Assembly (NCBI GenBank): GCA_003599635.1 | Contig: QZIX01000013.1 | Coordinates: 12,679-76,678, forward strand | Source of the DNA: Candidatus Parcubacteria bacterium | Lineage (GTDB): Bacteria; Patescibacteriota; Patescibacteriia; Buchananbacterales; SURF-54 | Length of the DNA stretch: 64,000 nt | Reading direction: 5' to 3' | In this document: piece by piece, positions 17,179 through 25,328 of the stretch | Layout of the letters: every line of letters starts with the position of its first letter | Numbering within the stretch: position 1 is the stretch's first letter | Notes under the pieces: model-generated | Databases searched by the model: none | The model's input: the letters and a program-made list of their open reading frames with translations, nothing else | Told to the model about the DNA's origin: nothing | Position numbers and translations under genes: made by a program

Positions 17179-17219
17179 TTATATATGCAAGCCGTCTTAA
17201 TTATTAAAGCCGTCGCGAA

Positions 17220-18125
17220 ATGATCAGACAAGCCAGAAAAAAGATATTGATACTTTACTGCGGTAAAGAGCTGAATTATGAAAATTTCTGCGCCTGGATT
17301 AAGGAAATGCCAGAACTTGAAATTATCGCAGAAATCGCCTTTTTATTTCTTAAAAATGATGACGGCTGCGATAAGAATTATTTTTGGGAACAGTTGTCGC
17401 AAGAAATAAGAAAGCAAAAAAAATTCGACGGTTTTGTGGTGATTCACCCTCTTTCAGGCCTGCTTTTCGTTTCTTGCGCTTTGAGTTTTTTATTAAATGA
17501 TTTTAAGCCGCCGGTAATTTTCACAGCCGACTATGACCGTCCAGACGGGGAAAAAAACAAATTCAGCATTAAGGCCAATTTGATAAATTCTGTTCAGGCC
17601 GCCACGATGGATTTTTCCGAAGTGGCGCTGATGTTCGGTAACCGGTTATTGCGGGCCAATCAGGCAGCAAGAAATTATGTTTCTTCTTTAAGTTTGTTTA
17701 TCGGTCCGGAAAAAAGCGTTCTGGGCAAAATCGATTTTAGCATAAGGATTTTGAAAAAAAATTTAAAAAATATCAAAGCCCCGGCCAGGTTTAAAAGCCG
17801 TCTTAATGACAGGATTGAATATGTCAAAGTTCTGCCTTTCTTTAATTTTGATAATTTAAGGAAACTGAAGGAAAAAGACGGACTTTTTTTGGACGGCACG
17901 GGACAGATACTGTCGGCAAAAAACTCTGATTTTCTGAAAAAACTGGATTTGCCGGTTTTGCTTTTTAATTTTCAGGATATTGAAAGCGGCAGAAATCTTA
18001 TTGCAGCGAACTATTTAACAATGGAGGCGGCATTAACAAAATTTATGTTTGTATTGGCCCAGACAAAAAAAATTAGTGAAATAAACCAGCTGATGGCAGC
18101 CAATATTGCCGGAGAATTGCTTTAA
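17220..18125 (+). CDS. type I L-asparaginase (AnsA) homolog with non-canonical catalytic motifs
   Basis: FDGFVVIHPLSGLLFVSCALSFLLNDFKPPVIFTA, ALMFGNRLLRANQAARN and the C-terminal LTMEAALTKFMFVL align with E. coli AnsA as I remember it. TGGT is replaced by CGKE, and HGTDT by HPLSG. Confidence 0.7.
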   Translation: MIRQARKKILILYCGKELNYENFCAWIKEMPELEIIAEIAFLFLKNDDGCDKNYFWEQLSQEIRKQKKFDGFVVIHPLSGLLFVSCALSFLLNDFKPPVIFTADYDRPDGEKNKFSIKANLINSVQAATMDFSEVALMFGNRLLRANQAARNYVSSLSLFIGPEKSVLGKIDFSIRILKKNLKNIKAPARFKSRLNDRIEYVKVLPFFNFDNLRKLKEKDGLFLDGTGQILSAKNSDFLKKLDLPVLLFNFQDIESGRNLIAANYLTMEAALTKFMFVLAQTKKISEINQLMAANIAGELL

Positions 18126-18128
18126 AAT

Positions 18129-18725
18129 ATGAAAATATATTTTGCCGGAGACAAATTCGCCAAAAAATTAAATTGGCGGTACCAAAAAATCATCGATATT
18201 TTAACGGGGGCGGGCAATACGGTAATGACAAATCTGGATTTAAATAATGCTTCGCAATTCGATGAAAACGATGTCGAAAAATTCCAGGCCCGGGGGGAAA
18301 CTCTTCTTGAACAGATGGATTCCCTGTTACTTGAAATAACCAGCCATTTTCCTGAAAGCGGATATTTGTTAGCGCTGGCTCTGGCGCATAAAAAGCCGAC
18401 AATCTTTCTGGCTGAAACAGGAATTGAAATAGATAAAAATATCAAGCAGATTTTAAATGATAAAAATGCTGCCCAGCTTCTGGAAATTAAAAGTTACCGC
18501 CCTAATAAAATTTCCAAAGCCGTGCTGGAATTTCTTGAATTTGCAGAAAAAAAAGCCGGGCGTGAAGTTCCTAGAATCAAATTCACTTTAAGGATTACTC
18601 CGAAAATTGAAAGGTATTTGCACTGGAAGACCTTAAACACTAATTTTTCCAAAGCCGATTTTTTAAGGGAACAGATAGAAAAAATGATAAGTGAAGACGA
18701 GGAGTTTAAAAAATTCAATCCTTAA
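18129..18725 (+). CDS. nucleoside 2-deoxyribosyltransferase-like domain fused to a ribbon-helix-helix-like C-terminus
   Basis: MKIYFAG...PESGYLLALALAHKKPTIFL pattern of NDT-like Rossmann proteins. C-terminal KFTLRITPKIERYLHWKT...ADFLREQIEKMI looks RHH/CopG-like. Confidence 0.45.
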   Translation: MKIYFAGDKFAKKLNWRYQKIIDILTGAGNTVMTNLDLNNASQFDENDVEKFQARGETLLEQMDSLLLEITSHFPESGYLLALALAHKKPTIFLAETGIEIDKNIKQILNDKNAAQLLEIKSYRPNKISKAVLEFLEFAEKKAGREVPRIKFTLRITPKIERYLHWKTLNTNFSKADFLREQIEKMISEDEEFKKFNP

Positions 18726-18745
18726 ATAAAAAATAAACCTTGATA

Positions 18746-19045
18746 ATGTTACTGAAAAAATTAAAAGCCGGGAATATTTTAAATCTTTCTGAAACCGTAA
18801 ACATCAAGTCGGGCTACGTCAGTTTACCTGCCGGACAGGCGGTGGGCAGCCACATTACAGAAAATCGTGAAGAGGTGATACTTATAATAAAAGGGCAGGC
18901 TGAGGTTGTTTGCAACGGTAAAAGAGTATCGGCAAAAAAAGGACACCTCGTTTATATTCCCAAAGAAAGTAAACATAATGTAATAAATTCGGGCCGCACC
19001 CGCCTTGAATATTTGTATCTGGTAAGCATGTTGCAAGCCTCTTGA
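18746..19045 (+). CDS. cupin domain protein
   Basis: GSHITENREEVILIIKGQAEV...GHLVYIPKESKHNVINSG is a typical two-motif cupin. Confidence 0.7.
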   Translation: MLLKKLKAGNILNLSETVNIKSGYVSLPAGQAVGSHITENREEVILIIKGQAEVVCNGKRVSAKKGHLVYIPKESKHNVINSGRTRLEYLYLVSMLQAS

Positions 19046-19101
19046 CATAACTGCTTAAAAGATGTAAAATTACAGGTTAAAAAGAAAGGAGGTGAAAAAT
19101 A

Positions 19102-19410
19102 ATGACTTCTCCGTCAGGATATGAATTATTTTTAGAATGCGGGTTTGTTATTCTGAAATATCCAAACGGAGAAAGAGAAAAGCTCGGCCTTGCTTTTGAT
19201 CGGCAGGGCTGTTCGGATGGTGAAGTCGTAACTTTCTTTCGAAATGGCTGTGTGGTTATGGCCATACTCTTGTCTAAATTCAAAACCTGGTTAATACCTT
19301 CGGAAACGAAGGTAAAATATCCGTTTAGCGAAATTACAAATAGCACCCTTGAAGAAGTTCTACCGGATTTAGAGGTGGTGAACGGGCTTTTTCTGTCTCT
19401 GAACAATTGA
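19102..19410 (+). CDS. hypothetical protein
   Basis: Strong RBS AAAGGAGGTG 8 nt upstream of the ATG. Terminator follows. The antisense ORF 19077-19406 is judged a shadow. Confidence 0.55.
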   Translation: MTSPSGYELFLECGFVILKYPNGEREKLGLAFDRQGCSDGEVVTFFRNGCVVMAILLSKFKTWLIPSETKVKYPFSEITNSTLEEVLPDLEVVNGLFLSLNN

Positions 19411-19416
19411 ATGTTT

Positions 19417-19456
19417 ACCCACCGGTTATTGTAATAATCGGTGGGTTTCTTTGTTT
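19417..19456 (+). terminator. rho-independent terminator
   Basis: Stem ACCCACCG/CGGTGGGT (19417-19446) followed by a T-rich tract. Confidence 0.7.
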
Positions 19457-19461
19457 ATTTT

Positions 19462-19470
19462 TGCTATAAT
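19462..19470 (+). promoter_or_regulatory. extended -10 (TGCTATAAT), 7 nt upstream of ATG 19477
   Basis: TG-n-TATAAT. The A of the ATG lies at -10 end +7, which suggests a leaderless mRNA. Confidence 0.45.
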
Positions 19471-19476
19471 TGGAAT

Positions 19477-20346
19477 ATGAAAAAAAAATTTTTATACTGG
19501 CTGGTCGCAATCTTTTTAATTATCATACCGTTTTATGTCTATTTTTTTTATTCAAAAAACGGAAGGAATATTGATTTAAAGGAATTTGATTTTAATACCG
19601 AAGCCATAATAGAGGCGGGAAAACAGATTCTGCCCGATCCTTTGCTTGGGAATTTATCGGAAGAAGAATCCTTTCTGACTGTTGAAGGCGTGATTGTGTA
19701 TACCAACGACAGCCGTCGGGCAGCCAACCTAAACGGGCTGGCGTCAAATGAAAAGTTAAACGCGGCGGCTAAATTAAAAGCGGCCGATATGTTTTCTTTT
19801 CAATATTTCGCCCACGTTTCGCCGGAAAACAAAGGCGTGGATTTCTGGGCTGATGAGACGGGTTACGAATACATAGTTATCGGCGAAAATCTGGCGATGG
19901 GCAATTTTAAAGACGATAAAGAATTGGTGGAGGCGTGGATGGCAAGCCCGGGTCACAGGGAAAATATTTTAAATGATGATTTTACTGAAATCGGAGTGGC
20001 TGTTCAAAAAGGCAATTTTGAAAATTCGTCAGTCTGGCTGGCAGTACAGATTTTCGGAAAACCGAAAAGCGCCTGTCCGAAAATAGATACCAATCTTAAA
20101 ACGCAAACTGATGAATTGATTATTCAATATCAGAATCTGGAAAAGCAGCTGGCTGACCAGAAGGCACTGCTGGAAAATACAAAACCAAAGGGCAGATCAT
20201 CGGTTTTGGAAACAGAAGCTTATAACAAAAATGTTGAAATTTATAACGGGCTGGTGGAGCAATACAAAAATCTTTCAGAATTAATTGAAAAAAATGTGGC
20301 TGCCTATAACAGCCAGGTTAAAGCTTTTAACAATTGCGCTGACTAA
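19477..20346 (+). CDS. CAP/SCP (YkwD-like) domain protein with N-terminal TM anchor and C-terminal coiled coil
   Basis: AADMFSFQYFAHVSP...WMASPGHRENIL...EIGVAV is typical of the CAP domain. Confidence 0.75.
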   Translation: MKKKFLYWLVAIFLIIIPFYVYFFYSKNGRNIDLKEFDFNTEAIIEAGKQILPDPLLGNLSEEESFLTVEGVIVYTNDSRRAANLNGLASNEKLNAAAKLKAADMFSFQYFAHVSPENKGVDFWADETGYEYIVIGENLAMGNFKDDKELVEAWMASPGHRENILNDDFTEIGVAVQKGNFENSSVWLAVQIFGKPKSACPKIDTNLKTQTDELIIQYQNLEKQLADQKALLENTKPKGRSSVLETEAYNKNVEIYNGLVEQYKNLSELIEKNVAAYNSQVKAFNNCAD

Positions 20347-20475
20347 GTTAATTAGATACTCTTTTCTTTCGCATTAGCAGCCATTAGAGCTGACTTTGTG
20401 AATTTTTTTGCCGACAAAAAATTATGCCGGCAATTTTTTAATTAATCCTTAATTTTTCATTGTTAATTTTTATGT

Positions 20476-20862
20476 ATGTCTGTTCAATTTTATATCGATA
20501 TCGCTTTACTTTTTTTACGGATAGGACTGGGCATTATTTTTATAGTTCACGGGATAAACAAATGGCAGCATTGGAAAAAAAGAAATAATTCCAAAATGGA
20601 CGCGGTATTTAAAGCCCTTGCCATTATTGAGCCTTTGGCCGGATTATCGTTACTTGCGGGTTTTTTAATCCAGCTGGGAGCGGCTGCCATGGCCATAATA
20701 ATGTTGGCTGCCATTTATTTCAAAATTTTTGAATGGAAAAACAAATTTACCGGGGACGGCGGGTGGGAACTTGATTTTTTGATACTTGTAAACTCATTGG
20801 CTGTTATGATTTTGGGCGGCGGCAGGATCAGCTTGAATTATCTGCTTTTTTATGCCCGCTAA
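20476..20862 (+). CDS. DoxX family membrane protein
   Basis: LRIGLGIIFIVHGINKW and four TM helices. Confidence 0.7.
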   Translation: MSVQFYIDIALLFLRIGLGIIFIVHGINKWQHWKKRNNSKMDAVFKALAIIEPLAGLSLLAGFLIQLGAAAMAIIMLAAIYFKIFEWKNKFTGDGGWELDFLILVNSLAVMILGGGRISLNYLLFYAR

Positions 20863-21352
20863 AAACAATTATTTCTGGCATTTTTTTTCCATACTGTCAT
20901 ATTCCGTTTTAGCCCTTTTAACTTTGTATATTCTTTTATTTTCGGATAAGGCCGCAGACAAGGTTCCGGTATTTGATTTTTTTATGATGTCTTTGGCGAC
21001 TTTCCGCCTGACCCATCTTTTTACTTATGACAGCGTTACCGATTTTGTAAGGAATTTTTTTAAAAATTCCGCTTCCGGTTTTGGCCGTTCGCTTTCCGAG
21101 CTTATACATTGCCCGTGGTGTACAGGGGTCTGGACGGCATTGCTTGTCGGTTTTTTATATTATTTGTCTCCGGTTTTCTGGTATTTGCTATTGCTTATCG
21201 CCCTTGCCGGTCTTGGCAGTTTTATTCAGACATTGGCAACGATAATAATAAGATATACACCGGAAAGGAAATCTTATGGCCAAACATTTAAGAAAAAAAT
21301 TCCTCGTAAAATACCCGACCAAACCGATCAGCCGGAACAAAAAACCGTATAA
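20852..21352 (+). CDS. DUF1360 family membrane protein
   Basis: LATFRLTHLFTYDSVTDFVR...CPWCTGVW is characteristic of DUF1360. Confidence 0.65.
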   Translation: MPAKNNYFWHFFSILSYSVLALLTLYILLFSDKAADKVPVFDFFMMSLATFRLTHLFTYDSVTDFVRNFFKNSASGFGRSLSELIHCPWCTGVWTALLVGFLYYLSPVFWYLLLLIALAGLGSFIQTLATIIIRYTPERKSYGQTFKKKIPRKIPDQTDQPEQKTV

Positions 21353-21824
21353 ACCGCGTAAAAAAAATCTTGATGTTGAAAAAATATTTGAGGAAAAGGA
21401 AAAATACAAAAAAATTTACGGCCTTTCTGAACGGGAACTGAAAAGATACGCCAGGCAGGCGATAATAACTACCGAAAAACCCGGCGCCGCTCTTTTGGTA
21501 AAAACGGAAACCCGCCTGGACAATGTCATTTATCGTTTGGGATTTGCCAAAAACAGAAAATTAGCAAGAAATTATATCAGAATGGGTTTGGTTTTAGTAA
21601 ATGAAAACGTGGTTGACGATACAAACTATCACGTCAGCCAGAAAGATGTTATCAGGTCGAATATCCCGATTTCAGATAACAGTCAGAAACAAAAAAGCGG
21701 CTACGGTTCATGGCTTGTGCGAAGCAACGGCATCGGCAATATAATTCACATTCCGTCATATAACGAAGTTAAAAGAAAGGATCTGAATGTTGATTTCATT
21801 ATAGATTATTACGCCGTAACCTAA
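21276..21824 (+). CDS. rpsD: 30S ribosomal protein S4 (divergent N-terminus)
   Basis: KKIYGLSERELKRY, TRLDNVIYRLGFAKNRKLARNYI (S4 domain), C-terminal DFIIDYY. The start overlaps the preceding gene by 77 nt. Confidence 0.75.
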   Translation: MAKHLRKKFLVKYPTKPISRNKKPYKPRKKNLDVEKIFEEKEKYKKIYGLSERELKRYARQAIITTEKPGAALLVKTETRLDNVIYRLGFAKNRKLARNYIRMGLVLVNENVVDDTNYHVSQKDVIRSNIPISDNSQKQKSGYGSWLVRSNGIGNIIHIPSYNEVKRKDLNVDFIIDYYAVT

Positions 21825-22231
21825 ACTGCGTCTGTTTTGTAATTGTAAGCCAAGCGGCCGAGACAATAAGCTCCTATGGAAATTACCAAATCCCGGACAG
21901 CGATATCGTAGGCGCCAAGGACAATCAAATTTAAAGCGACTAAAAAAAGCCATACAGCCACGACGTAAGCTCCGATTTGTGTTTTACGCCAGACCAAAAC
22001 AGCGGCTAAAATTTCTATAATCCCGACAAAAATCATAAATGTCGGGGCTGGTAACGGAAGAAAAGTTCTTATTTGCGGACTCAAATAAATCTGCCACGGA
22101 ACCAAAAAATTGAAAAATTTATCCAGCCCGGCAAGCAGAGGCAGGATAATATAAGTGATTTTTAAAATACCATAAACATCATTTTGCGCTGGCATAAGTA
22201 TTTGATTTATAAAATCCATTGAAACATACAT
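21821..22231 (-). CDS. DoxX-like membrane protein
   Basis: Four TM helices. AGLDKFFNFL...GIIEILAAVLVW...YDIAVRDL pattern. Confidence 0.55.
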   Translation of the reverse strand: MYVSMDFINQILMPAQNDVYGILKITYIILPLLAGLDKFFNFLVPWQIYLSPQIRTFLPLPAPTFMIFVGIIEILAAVLVWRKTQIGAYVVAVWLFLVALNLIVLGAYDIAVRDLVISIGAYCLGRLAYNYKTDAV

Positions 22232-22337
22232 ATATTAAACCGAAATGAAGTCAGCTGTTCAGGGTTTTTTAGAACTTAACTGTTGATTTTTTATTACGGT
22301 TAATATAAAATCAAATTGTTAACAATTAAGGCAAATT

Positions 22338-23057
22338 ATGAAGAAAATTTTTGTTTTAATGCTTTTGGTGGCGCTTTTGCTGCCGCAGGCAATATTAGCT
22401 GACGCCAAAGTGAAACGACCTTTGGAAAAGATAACCTTTATTCATTACAAAAAAGGTTTCATCAAACCCGAATCAGCCAAACCGCGGCCGCCTAAAAGCG
22501 ATAGTTGCTACGGTTTTATTTCCGGCTATGCCAGACTTTTAACAACAGCCGACATTTACATAAATCCGGAAGGATCCGGCCTTGACGATTGGCAGGTCAT
22601 AACCGGTTTTGCTTCTTCGACAGACGCCTGGGATATTAAAACAACAACGGATGTTTTTGGAGTTTTAACCGCAACTACTACTGCCAGTTTTGACGATTAT
22701 GCCGACGGCAGAAATGAAATCGTTTTTGGCGTTTACCCCGACTCCAATGTCATTGCGGTTACCAGGGTCTGGGGTTATTTTTCGGGCAGACCGCAAAGCC
22801 GTTTTATTTCCCAATTTGACATTTTATTCAATACAAACTACAGCTGGGGAGACGTTGCAGCGACAGGCGACACAGAATTAATGGATTTGGAAAATATCGC
22901 CGTCCACGAATTAGGACACGCTCTGGGGTTAAATGACATTTACACCGCCTCCTGCCAGCCGGTTACCATGTACGGTTACGCTTCAGAAGGAGAAGTTAAC
23001 AAAAGAACTCTGGAAGCGCCGGACATTGCCGGACTGCAGACTTTATACGGAATTTAA
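22338..23057 (+). CDS. secreted zinc metalloprotease, matrixin/snapalysin-like
   Basis: Signal peptide. HELGHALGLND (HExxHxxGxxD) and a Met-turn VTMYG. Confidence 0.8.
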   Translation: MKKIFVLMLLVALLLPQAILADAKVKRPLEKITFIHYKKGFIKPESAKPRPPKSDSCYGFISGYARLLTTADIYINPEGSGLDDWQVITGFASSTDAWDIKTTTDVFGVLTATTTASFDDYADGRNEIVFGVYPDSNVIAVTRVWGYFSGRPQSRFISQFDILFNTNYSWGDVAATGDTELMDLENIAVHELGHALGLNDIYTASCQPVTMYGYASEGEVNKRTLEAPDIAGLQTLYGI

Positions 23058-23113
23058 TCAGCCATCACATAAAAAAAGCTTGAGCCATTATCAAGCTTTT
23101 TTTAATATTGCAA

Positions 23114-23179
23114 TGTTATTCCGAATCTTGATTATGGGTCTAATTTTAAAAGAGATTCGGGATTAAGTCCGGAATGACA
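23114..23179. repeat. MITE-like hairpin element, TGTyATTCCGrA family
   Basis: Ends TGTTATTCCGAATC ... GTCCGGAATGACA are inverted. Related to the 35.3-36.1 kb repeats. Confidence 0.55.
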
Positions 23180-23315
23180 ATTTTTTAGCTTTGGATTTTG
23201 AGCTTGACCCATTAGGGTTTTGGCATTTGAAATTTTATTAGAAATTATTAAATGTAAATTGCCAATTGCTATGCAACCTTTTGCAATTACGGCAGTTGTA
23301 GTATATAAAGGAGTT

Positions 23316-23948
23316 ATGGATTTACTGCAGGAAAAAGAACTGGTTAATTCTGCTAAAAGCGGAGATAAGGAAGCTTTTGGCCTGCTTTTTGATGACAATT
23401 ATGGCAAAATCTACGGCTATATTTTAAAAAGAACGGGCAATGTCGCCCTGACAGACGATTTAACATCGGACACTTTTTTTAAGGCATTAACGAATCTGAA
23501 AAAATTCCGCTGGCAGGGAATACCGTTTTCCTCTTGGTTGTATAAAATAGCGACTAATGAAATTAACGGTTTTTTTAAAAAAAACAAAGCCCACCCGCTG
23601 TCATTGAATAAAATTTCAGAAGATAACGGCCGCGAACCGGAAAATTTCCGGACTCCCGAATCGGAAATTATGGAAATGCAGGAAGAAATCGAAAGACATG
23701 ATTTTTATCTGCTGGTGTTAAAGGAAATGAAACAGCTGAAAATTAAATATCAGGAAGTTTTGTCGCTGCGCTTTTTTGAAAAGAAAAAAATCAATGAAAT
23801 TGCGCAGATTCTCGGCAAAAGGGAAGGTACCGTAAAATCTCTTCTGTCCCGGGGGATAGACAAGCTGAAAGTAAAGCTGGAAAAAACTGAAAATTTGCAA
23901 CCTTTTTCCGATTCCGAAGTTATTAAAACAAAGGAAGAAAAAATTTAA
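23316..23948 (+). CDS. ECF-type RNA polymerase sigma factor
   Basis: Region 2 FGLLFDDNYGKIYGYILKR...FSSWLYKIATNE and region 4 EVLSLRFFEKKKINEIAQILGKREGTVKSLLSRG. Confidence 0.85.
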   Translation: MDLLQEKELVNSAKSGDKEAFGLLFDDNYGKIYGYILKRTGNVALTDDLTSDTFFKALTNLKKFRWQGIPFSSWLYKIATNEINGFFKKNKAHPLSLNKISEDNGREPENFRTPESEIMEMQEEIERHDFYLLVLKEMKQLKIKYQEVLSLRFFEKKKINEIAQILGKREGTVKSLLSRGIDKLKVKLEKTENLQPFSDSEVIKTKEEKI

Positions 23949-23957
23949 ACAACTTAT

Positions 23958-25214
23958 ATGGATAGAGAAGAATTAATTAATAAACTTGAAAGTATGACAG
24001 TTCCAGAAACCAAGTCTTCAAGCCACAAATACCGGCTTAAAGCGGGACTGACCAGCGCCTGGGGTTTTAAAACCAACAGCACAAATCCGTCTTCAGGCGG
24101 AAAAAGATGGGCCTGGTCATTTTCGGTTTTGGCATTGATCGCCCTTTTGATTTTTTCCGGCGCCGGTTTCGCCAAGGCAGCTGATTTAAGCAAACCGGGT
24201 GATCCGTTATTTGGCCTGGATAAATTAATGGAGGAAGTACGTTACTATCTGGCTCAAAATCCGGGAACAAAACTGCAAATAAGGATTAATTCGGCCAATG
24301 AAAGAATAGCCGAACTAGATGAATTAACACAGGAACTGGAAACGGAAAGCGAAAATCCTGCCGGCAACAATGGCACGACAACGCCGACAAGCACGCCGAC
24401 AAGCACGCCTACAAGCACGGACTCGGTAATTCCCACAAGTACACCCACTACGACTGATCCGGTAATTAATCCGACAACAAGTCCTACCACCACGCCTCCC
24501 GTATTAAATCCTACCACCACGCCGACGTCAACGCCGACGTCAACGCCAACTACCACGCCTTCTTTGATTGATCCGGATTTACAAGCCGCCATCGAACAGG
24601 CCTTAAAGGAAGTGGAAGGCGCCGTTGCCAAGGTCAATTCCGAAATTGCCAAACTGACGCTGCGATCGGATCCGGGGGAAAGGATTACACCGGAACAGAT
24701 AGACGAATTTATGGATCAGGTTGTTGCCATAACCGCAAACCAGAATATAGCCATTGAAAATTTAAAATTACAAACTAACAAGAAAAAGATAGAATTCCAG
24801 ATAAAATATTTCAATGATAAAAAAGGTTTCGGAAACGATGAAGACGAAGACGATGACAATGATGCGACGACAACTCCCACATCCACTCCGACTACAACAG
24901 AAAGCATTCATAGCAGCGAAATAAAAAAGCAGGAACAAAAAAAATCCGCTGAAAAACAGATGCAAGAAACGGAACAGAAAAAGCAGCAAATAATCGAAGA
25001 TGCCAAAGAAGAAGATATCCTGCTGGACTTAAAACAATTTGAAACTTTGGAAGATCAGGCGCAAAAATTATACGACAAGGGCAATTATAAAGCGGCAGAA
25101 AATGTTTCCAAGCAGGCCGAAAAGAGCCTGGAAGAATCTCAGGCAAAAATGGAAAAGGAAAGGGAGGCAAATGAAAATTCAGCAAAGGAAAAAGACAAAA
25201 AAAATAAGGATTAA
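23958..25214 (+). CDS. membrane protein with DUF5667-like domain and Pro/Thr-rich linkers (putative sigma-factor partner)
   Basis: One TM helix, then DPLFGLDKLMEEVRYYL (DUF5667-like), TPTSTPTSTP repeats, and a Lys/Glu-rich tail. Lies 9 nt downstream of the sigma gene. Confidence 0.6.
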   Translation: MDREELINKLESMTVPETKSSSHKYRLKAGLTSAWGFKTNSTNPSSGGKRWAWSFSVLALIALLIFSGAGFAKAADLSKPGDPLFGLDKLMEEVRYYLAQNPGTKLQIRINSANERIAELDELTQELETESENPAGNNGTTTPTSTPTSTPTSTDSVIPTSTPTTTDPVINPTTSPTTTPPVLNPTTTPTSTPTSTPTTTPSLIDPDLQAAIEQALKEVEGAVAKVNSEIAKLTLRSDPGERITPEQIDEFMDQVVAITANQNIAIENLKLQTNKKKIEFQIKYFNDKKGFGNDEDEDDDNDATTTPTSTPTTTESIHSSEIKKQEQKKSAEKQMQETEQKKQQIIEDAKEEDILLDLKQFETLEDQAQKLYDKGNYKAAENVSKQAEKSLEESQAKMEKEREANENSAKEKDKKNKD

Positions 25215-25236
25215 AATAATTCTTATTAACCTGGCA

Positions 25237-25264
25237 AAAACCGTTCTTAGGGAGCGGTTTTTTG
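25237..25264 (+). terminator. rho-independent terminator
   Basis: Stem AAAACCG/CGGTTTT with T run. Confidence 0.65.
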
Positions 25265-25293
25265 CTTTTACCTATTTATCCACACCTAGTACC

Positions 25294-25322
25294 TTGCATT
25301 ACATAGTAGTTAGTGCTATAAT
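25294..25322 (+). promoter_or_regulatory. sigma70-like promoter (TTGCAT-17-TATAAT) of the PadR gene
   Basis: TTGCAT 25294-25299, TATAAT 25317-25322. ATG 25329 is exactly 7 nt after the -10, which predicts a leaderless mRNA. Confidence 0.65.
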
Positions 25323-25328
25323 AATTTT

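Noticed and set aside
19077-19406. 109-aa minus-strand ORF
   Set aside because: It is a mirror of the plus-strand ORF 19102-19410. The plus-strand ORF has a very strong AAAGGAGGTG RBS and a downstream terminator; the minus ORF has neither.
24254-24652. 132-aa minus-strand ORF rich in Gly/Val
   Set aside because: It is the antisense reading of the Thr/Pro repeat region of 23958-25214, an artefact of the repeat composition. The same applies to the other antisense ORFs at 24716-25185.
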